From Nitrospirales bacterium (GTDB lineage Bacteria; Nitrospirota; Nitrospiria; Nitrospirales; UBA8639), in NCBI GenBank assembly GCA_965223295.1, contig CBDCWC010000003.1, forward strand, positions 1,536,001-1,600,000: a stretch of DNA of 64,000 nucleotides. The letters are read 5' to 3'. Position numbers and translations under genes: made by a program. The notes beneath the pieces were generated by a model. That model searched no databases and was not told the DNA's origin. It saw only the letters and a list, made by a program, of their open reading frames with translations. Positions 58,140-64,000 of the stretch are shown in pieces. Every line of letters begins with the position of its first letter. Position 1 is the stretch's first letter.

Positions 58140-58991
58140 CTATGGGACGTAACATCCGCTGCTGATGACGCGCCATTGCGAGCCATTGGGGCAATCGGGA
58201 TCAAATTGATAGCCGGCTTCTGCGGTCATTGTAAATTGTACTTCGGCGGTTCCAAATGTATTGGCTTCATCAAGGCCGACGGGCGTCCCGGTAATGTGGT
58301 ACCGAATAGCTGGGGCAAGGGTTCCGCCCCCTGAGTTCGTCGGTGCGCCGTCGATGGAATAACTGCCTCCGGCTCCGTCGGCGGACAAACTGACTAGATG
58401 AAATAAATGTCCTAAATGCCCACGATGTATTTTCACATCATGCAGGCTAGTTTCATCGGTATTCCACCAGGTCTCGAAATCCGCATCGTTGTTAATGACA
58501 GGATTGAGGTTCTGCGCCAGCCCAGAAATGAGCAGGTATCGTGCATTGGCTAGTTGATTGGGAGCCAAACCAGCGGCATTGGAAAAGCCAGCAAGGTTTG
58601 GCTGCAGAAAAAAGTATCGTGAAAAACCATTGGGATTATTCAACAGTTGATTGGAAGAAGTCTGAACATAATCTGGACTTAATGCCGCAAGGTTTGCGGG
58701 AAAAGAACGGGTTTGTCGGACAAAAAGTTCAATGCCCTTGGCAATGTTTTCTAACTGCTTGGTTTCTGCATCTCGTCTGGCGTTCCGCAATTGATTGATG
58801 ATGCTCGGTGCCACAAAACTGGCTAAAATAGCCAAGATGGCTAAGACCCCGATTAATTCCACAAGGGTAAAGCCATGAGGGAGCGTGAGGCGTGAGGCGT
58901 GAGGCGTTGAGGATACGAAAGCTGGCTGTGCCGTTACAGAAATTCTGAGTCCTGCACCGTGGCTGCATCTGTATGTAGGTTTGCGTAACAT
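58140..58991 (-). CDS. Type IV prepilin/pseudopilin
   Basis: G|FTLVELIGVLAILAIL class III signal; C-terminal Cys pair. Confidence 0.9.
   Translation of the reverse strand: MLRKPTYRCSHGAGLRISVTAQPAFVSSTPHASRLTLPHGFTLVELIGVLAILAILASFVAPSIINQLRNARRDAETKQLENIAKGIELFVRQTRSFPANLAALSPDYVQTSSNQLLNNPNGFSRYFFLQPNLAGFSNAAGLAPNQLANARYLLISGLAQNLNPVINNDADFETWWNTDETSLHDVKIHRGHLGHLFHLVSLSADGAGGSYSIDGAPTNSGGGTLAPAIRYHITGTPVGLDEANTFGTAEVQFTMTAEAGYQFDPDCPNGSQWRVISSGCYVP
58883..58911. repeat. (GCGTGAG)x3 heptamer tandem in the prepilin leader
   Basis: Three exact copies at 58883-58903 plus a degenerate fourth. Confidence 0.75.
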
Positions 58992-59196
58992 TTCTCTAAC
59001 TCTTCTGTGGCCTTTTGGCTAACACATGCACGCATCGATGGTCCTGGCAGATTTTGCCGGGTATACCTCTCCTTAATCTGTCGGAGAAACAATAGCCAAT
59101 CTTTATTAAGAGAAGGATTTTTTGCGAAAAATCCGAGTACTAAAGAAAAGGGAGAATGGTGACTGTGAACCCTATCTTTGACGTGGCTAAGTGGGA

Positions 59197-59988
59197 TCAG
59201 CAGGTTGGATTCAACGGGTTCCATTGTTTGGCGGCTGTACAATTGGGGTCATACCAGTACGCCGTATTAGTGGTGAGGGCGAATTGAACTTCCGGGGCCG
59301 CATAGAACGTGTTTTCATCCAGACCAATAAGGGTTCCGACTAGGTGGAAGGCATTGTGGGCAGGCAGGAGGCCGCCGCCTGAGTCCGTAGGCGGATTGGT
59401 TCCGACGAAATAACTGGCCCCGTTTCCATCAGGAGTAATAGCCAAAGAATAGAATAGATGCCCAATATTACCTCGATGAATGTGCAAGTCCGGGGTCAGG
59501 GTTTCATTAAGAGTCCACCAGGTCTCAAATTGAGCAGGTGTGTTAACGATTGGTGTCATATCCTGTGAAAGATTAGAGAGAAGGAGGAAGCGAGCATTAA
59601 CCAACTCGGCAGCAGTGAGTCCGGTACTATTGTTAAAACCATTCATGGCTGGATGGATGGCATAGTAGCGAGGAAACCCGTGTGCGTTGGTCGTTAGTTG
59701 TGGCAAGGAAAATGGAACATAATCCGGGACGAGACTGGCCAAGGATGGAGGATAGGCTTTTTGTTCTTCAAGATACAATACAATACCATTGGCAATACGG
59801 CGAAGCTGCCGATCTTCGATTTCCTGATCCTGTTGGTTGAAAATTTGGATAAGAGCTGGTGCAGCTACCGCCAAGCCTATAGAGATCACGGCTAACGCGC
59901 CTATGAGCGCAATAAGAGAGAAGCCTTGTTGCAGATGTATGAGATGTGGTCGAGAAGATTTGAGACGAAGGTGGGGTGTGTATGTCAT
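59197..59988 (-). CDS. Type IV prepilin-like protein lacking Glu5; paralog of 58140..58991
   Basis: G|FSLIALIGALAV; shares PDYV, NARxLLxS, FETWW, IHRG and DPxC motifs with its neighbour. Confidence 0.85.
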   Translation of the reverse strand: MTYTPHLRLKSSRPHLIHLQQGFSLIALIGALAVISIGLAVAAPALIQIFNQQDQEIEDRQLRRIANGIVLYLEEQKAYPPSLASLVPDYVPFSLPQLTTNAHGFPRYYAIHPAMNGFNNSTGLTAAELVNARFLLLSNLSQDMTPIVNTPAQFETWWTLNETLTPDLHIHRGNIGHLFYSLAITPDGNGASYFVGTNPPTDSGGGLLPAHNAFHLVGTLIGLDENTFYAAPEVQFALTTNTAYWYDPNCTAAKQWNPLNPTC

Positions 59989-59998
59989 TGGCCATTCA

Positions 59999-60189
59999 GG
60001 GACTGTTGAATAATAATGATATCAACGACCAAATTTCGTCTCAGCAACGTACTATGTCAGCTGCCTCGGGTCTGTTCAAAAAAGTCCGTTCAGCAAGGCT
60101 GCAGCCCTTTTTGCGCGCGGAGCGTACTGGTATTACGTGAGCACGGAAAAAGGGCGAGAACGCCGCTGGCGGCTTTTTCCAACAGACCC
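59999..60189 (-). mobile_element. MITE-like repeat copy E (inverted), inside the pilus operon
   Basis: GGGACTGTTGAATAA ... GGGTCTGTTCAAAAAAG ... TTTTTCCAACAGACCC. Confidence 0.85.
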
Positions 60190-60194
60190 ATTCA

Positions 60195-61400
60195 TTAAAA
60201 CCCGCCCATTAAACTCATCATGGGCATAAAGAGCGCTAGGGCCACCACTCCCACGATGCTAATAAGACCTAAGGTGATCACAGGCTCCAGGATGGCAAAG
60301 ATTTTTTTTACACGTCGCGGGATTTCTTTATTATAGTAATTGGCCACATTCATGAGTGTTTTGGGCAGATTTCCCGTGGCTTCCCCGACCGCAATCATTT
60401 GGACCATCATGGGTGGAAAAATGGGGTGCCGACGCAGTGAATCATGAATCGATGAACCTTCTGAAATGTTACGTTGCATAGCTTCTATGGCGTTGCCCAC
60501 GACCTGGTTGCCAACCACCCCATGGCACAATTTCAGACATTGGAGGACAGGGATGCCAGCCTTGTAGAGTACCGCAAAGTTGTGTACAAACTTTGATAAC
60601 GTCAACATCTTAAAGAGTTCCCCTAGAATGGGCAGATGGAGGATCATATGGTCCCGCCAACTCGAAAAGCCTGGGACAAGCTTCCGTGCCATCCACCAGG
60701 CTATGGGTATCCCAAGCACCAGAGGCAACCATAGGTACCAATTATCCACGAGGAAAAGACTGGTGTTAAACACCATGACGGTGATGAATGGGAGAGGGAT
60801 ATTCAGGCTTTCCAAAACAGGAATAAATTGAGGGACGACAAAGGTAAACAATAGAATCAACAGTCCGGCCACCGCAATGATCACCACACTTGGATAAATG
60901 GTGGCTTGGCGAACGTCGCTTCGGATTTGATCGGCCCAGTCTAAATAGCGTTCCAATTCTTTGAAGGTATCCGGCAAGGTGGCGCTTTCTTCTCCTGCTT
61001 GGACCAGGTTGGTGACCTGTGGAGGGAAAATGTGAGGATGTTGGCTCATGGCCACATTCAGGGGACTTCCAGCTTCAACTTGGTGATGAATCGTGCGTAG
61101 GGTGGCCCGCATCTGAAGATTCGGGGATTCTTCCGACAAGTTTTTCAGCGCTTGCGCAAGAGAAATCTCGGCGTCCAATAAGGTAAACATATGGGTGGAA
61201 AATTCCATGAGATCACGGGGGCTGACCTTCCCTCGTTTGCCACCAGAGGAAGTTTTCTTTTGTTTGGATTCCAGGGCTTCCACTAAATAGAGCCCCATGT
61301 CTTCCAGACGGCTTTCCAAGTGCGAGCGATCAAGGACGATCATATCGCCTTCTTCAGGACGGCCTTGATCATCAATGGCACGGTAATGGAAGCTAAGCAC
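60195..61400 (-). CDS. GspF/PilC/MshG inner-membrane platform protein
   Basis: AGEESATL, IYPSVV, VGEATGNL, ILEPVI, LFMPM. Confidence 0.94.
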   Translation of the reverse strand: MLSFHYRAIDDQGRPEEGDMIVLDRSHLESRLEDMGLYLVEALESKQKKTSSGGKRGKVSPRDLMEFSTHMFTLLDAEISLAQALKNLSEESPNLQMRATLRTIHHQVEAGSPLNVAMSQHPHIFPPQVTNLVQAGEESATLPDTFKELERYLDWADQIRSDVRQATIYPSVVIIAVAGLLILLFTFVVPQFIPVLESLNIPLPFITVMVFNTSLFLVDNWYLWLPLVLGIPIAWWMARKLVPGFSSWRDHMILHLPILGELFKMLTLSKFVHNFAVLYKAGIPVLQCLKLCHGVVGNQVVGNAIEAMQRNISEGSSIHDSLRRHPIFPPMMVQMIAVGEATGNLPKTLMNVANYYNKEIPRRVKKIFAILEPVITLGLISIVGVVALALFMPMMSLMGGF

Positions 61401-63072
61401 CTGCTACCCTTATGACTTCTTCTACCGTTGTAAGCCCTTTGAGCGCTTTCTGTATGCCATCTTGAAACATCGTAGGCATGCCTTGTTTATGAATAAGCGC
61501 CCGGAGGCTCCCCATGTCCATCCCATTCACAATGGGTCCGTGGATTTCGTCGGTAATTTCGATGATTTCATAGATTCCGGCACGTCCCTTATAGCCAGTT
61601 TTTGCACAAGAGGTGCACCCGTTTCCTTTCCAGAGTTGAGCCGGTGCGTTTTCAGGAAGTGTGACCTTGAATTCCCCTAATACTTTTGCCGAGTCCGTCC
61701 GTTCAACCTTGCAATCCGGACAAATGCAGCGGACAAGTCGTTGTCCGGCCACTGCTGCTAAGGCTGAGGCCAGGAGAAAGGGTTCGATGCCCATATCAAT
61801 GAGTCGTGGAATGGCGCCCAGCGCATCATTGGTATGTAAGGTGGAGAAAACCAAATGCCCGGTCAGAGCCGCACGAATGGCCAGTTCTGCGGTTTCGTGA
61901 TCACGAATTTCACCCACCAAGATGACATCAGGATCTTGCCGTAAGAGGGCGCGGAGGCCAGCTGCGAAGGTCATGTCAATATCAGGATTGATTTGTGTTT
62001 GGCGGATCATCGGCATTTGATATTCAATAGGATCTTCAAGCGTGAAGACGCTTTTTTCTTTGGCGTTAATATGGCGAAGTGCCGTGTAGAGGGTTGTGGT
62101 TTTGCCGCTTCCTGTCGGACCGGTGACCAAGATGATCCCGTGCGGCTTCTGGATGATCGATTTCATGCGAGATTGATCCTTCGACGTAAAGCCCAAGGCT
62201 CGAAATTCTAACTTGAGCGATCCTTTGTCCAAGATTCGCAGCACAATACTTTCCCCGAAATTCGTGGGGAGTGTCGAGACACGGAGGTCTATCCGGCGGG
62301 AGCCTAGGGCGAAAGCAATTCGACCATCCTGGGGTGTGCGTTTTTCGGTGAGATTCAAGTTGGCCATGAGTTTCATGCGAGCGATAATTGGCGCCTGGAG
62401 AGGCTTCGGAATTAACAGTTCTTTAGTCAGCACACCATCGACGCGATATCGAATTCGTAAATATTGCTCTTCCGGTTCAATATGAATATCGGTGACTCTG
62501 GCTTGAATGGCAGCGGTAATCAATTGATTGCAGAGTCGTATCATTGGGGCGTCGCGGCTGGCATCTTCGCCGATGTTTGACAAGCCTTGGGCGGACAACT
62601 CATCCAGCAATTGTTTAATCGATTCGCTATGGTCGTAGTGACGTTCAATCGCTTCTGCAAGTTCCTGGGCTGGGGCCGTTTGGGTGGCGACATTCAGGCC
62701 TGTGCGTCTTTCGATGGTATCCACGGCGATGATGTTCAAGGGGTCTGCCATGGCTAAATTTAAGACTTTTCCCTTCGTGCTGATCGGAAGCACTTGCAGT
62801 TGAGTGGCCAGTTCATAGGGGATGAGATCTAAGATTTCTGGAGGGATAAACGTGGTAGTAAGATCGACGATACCGGTCTGCGTTCCTTCAGCCAGATAGT
62901 GTGCCAACAGCTTTTCGGAAATAAAGCCGAGGTGAATCAACGTTTGCCCAAGCATGACTTTGTTACGCTTGGATTCACGCAAACCCAGATTGAGTTGTTC
63001 TTCAGTAATCCACCCATCCTGAACGAGAGTGGCACCTAATTGAGGTCGAGTAGGTGAAGAGGTATTTGACAT
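61393..63072 (-). CDS. GspE/PilB/MshE assembly ATPase with an MshEN-like N-terminus
   Basis: TGPTGSGKTTTLY, EDPIEY, LRQDPDVILVGEIRD, STLHTN, tetracysteine motif. Confidence 0.95.
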   Translation of the reverse strand: MSNTSSPTRPQLGATLVQDGWITEEQLNLGLRESKRNKVMLGQTLIHLGFISEKLLAHYLAEGTQTGIVDLTTTFIPPEILDLIPYELATQLQVLPISTKGKVLNLAMADPLNIIAVDTIERRTGLNVATQTAPAQELAEAIERHYDHSESIKQLLDELSAQGLSNIGEDASRDAPMIRLCNQLITAAIQARVTDIHIEPEEQYLRIRYRVDGVLTKELLIPKPLQAPIIARMKLMANLNLTEKRTPQDGRIAFALGSRRIDLRVSTLPTNFGESIVLRILDKGSLKLEFRALGFTSKDQSRMKSIIQKPHGIILVTGPTGSGKTTTLYTALRHINAKEKSVFTLEDPIEYQMPMIRQTQINPDIDMTFAAGLRALLRQDPDVILVGEIRDHETAELAIRAALTGHLVFSTLHTNDALGAIPRLIDMGIEPFLLASALAAVAGQRLVRCICPDCKVERTDSAKVLGEFKVTLPENAPAQLWKGNGCTSCAKTGYKGRAGIYEIIEITDEIHGPIVNGMDMGSLRALIHKQGMPTMFQDGIQKALKGLTTVEEVIRVAGA

Positions 63073-63202
63073 GGGATTGTCCGGACTTTAGAGGCTATGA
63101 CCCCTGAGACTCAGATATTTGAATCCCAGGGATCTTCAGAGGATGTGCAGTGAAGGGGTCTGTCGACACCATGGACAGAGCTCACTAATGTTAGGCGGAT
63201 AT

Positions 63203-63889
63203 TTATTGGCTGGCCAGGTAAATCCGTACGGTGCCTCCAGCGTTGGCTACCCACTTGACTCGACCCTGTACTTGGCGATCAGCTGTCGTAGCTCCAATGC
63301 CCGGGTCCAAGATGCTATCAAGTTCATCGAAGGCAGCGACGGGGACGCCGGTGATATTCAGATAGGCCAATTGAGAGCCATCAGGGAAGTCGTTGGCACC
63401 ATTCCCGTCCAAGTCAAAATTGTTTTGATTAAAGGCCGGGGCCGCCCCGAAATTATTGACTACCGCATTCGGCATGGTCATAAGAGTTCCCAACCCAGGG
63501 GGATTATTGCTATTAAACTGTTCGAGATAGGGGCCTCGGAAACGAGGCCATAGGCCCGTTCCAACTTGTGCTAAGGGGTCTTGTGAACTCAATGTGAGGC
63601 GTCTTGGAAGAGAAAGCACATTTGATGTATTTCCGTTTCCTTGTGCTGATGCAGCACCGGCGGCATTCAACGAATAGATAGTGCCCACGTCCGCAAAATA
63701 ATTCGTAATAGCTGTGGTGTAGGTTCTTACGGCTGCGGCCGTTGACCGCGCATTGGAGGAAGCCACCAGTTGGAAAATTCGAGGCAACAGTAAGGCAATC
63801 AGAATAGCGATGATCGCCAAGACGCCGATCATTTCGACCAAGGTGAACCCTCGTTCTTGGTGTGTTCTGGTGAATAGTGCTCTAACCAT
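63203..63889 (-). CDS. Type IV prepilin, likely the major subunit
   Basis: ERG|FTLVEMIGVLAIIAIL; strong AAGGAG SD; first gene after the promoter. Confidence 0.92.
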   Translation of the reverse strand: MVRALFTRTHQERGFTLVEMIGVLAIIAILIALLLPRIFQLVASSNARSTAAAVRTYTTAITNYFADVGTIYSLNAAGAASAQGNGNTSNVLSLPRRLTLSSQDPLAQVGTGLWPRFRGPYLEQFNSNNPPGLGTLMTMPNAVVNNFGAAPAFNQNNFDLDGNGANDFPDGSQLAYLNITGVPVAAFDELDSILDPGIGATTADRQVQGRVKWVANAGGTVRIYLASQ

Positions 63890-63971
63890 ACGAATCTACT
63901 CCTTTAAGACGAGGTACTAAGAGTTCTCTCATGTGACAACGGTTTTCTTTTCGTTCACTGGTTGTTACTGA

Positions 63972-63999
63972 CTATCGGTATGGCAGAATAAATTCTTGA
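63972..63999 (-). promoter_or_regulatory. Sigma28-like promoter
   Basis: TCAA-N16-ACCGATAG upstream of the pilin gene. Confidence 0.6.
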
Positions 64000-64000
64000 A

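Noticed and set aside
10140-60189. CRISPR array or integron attC sites as an explanation for the repeats
   Set aside because: The copies are dispersed, about 190 bp long and in both orientations, with no spacer pattern and no cas or intI gene.

Overview
Bacterial chromosomal window, probably from a member of Nitrospirota/Nitrospirales. This is an inference from the Nitrospira-like palindromic repeat and the gene content; it was not verified by a database search. Left part (1-9.4 kb): a PAS histidine kinase with an NtrC-family regulator, a DCC-family thiol oxidoreductase, a PriA whose helicase motifs are degenerate, a beta-helix protein, and a DUF4034/TPR gene broken by one in-frame TAG. Main discovery (10.5-23 kb): one co-directional cluster encodes SulP, a DabA-type beta-carbonic-anhydrase-like subunit, a full set of small Mrp Na+/H+ antiporter subunits (E, F, G, split A C-terminus, B, C), MrpD, a DabB/NuoL chimera and NuoM, with no redox subunits. 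The lateral helix of the DabB/NuoL chimera carries three exact 27-aa repeats. This looks like a candidate Mrp-coupled, multi-pump inorganic-carbon complex. Upstream lies a complete sigma54 promoter architecture driving a 23-aa membrane peptide. Middle (23-28.5 kb): lipoproteins and a GC-rich nhaB. Right part (28.5-64 kb), all on the minus strand: a signalling island (three HD-GYP proteins, STAS, a multi-PAS kinase, three hybrid kinases of which one is frameshifted, a TonB receptor-YfiR-kinase triad, FIST/NosP) followed by an MSHA/T2SS-like type IV filament cluster. Almost every transcription unit there has a sigma28-like promoter. The window also holds five copies of a ~190-bp MITE-like repeat and heptamer-period palindromes, three of them inserted in frame in receiver domains. 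No rRNA, tRNA, CRISPR array or transposase was seen.
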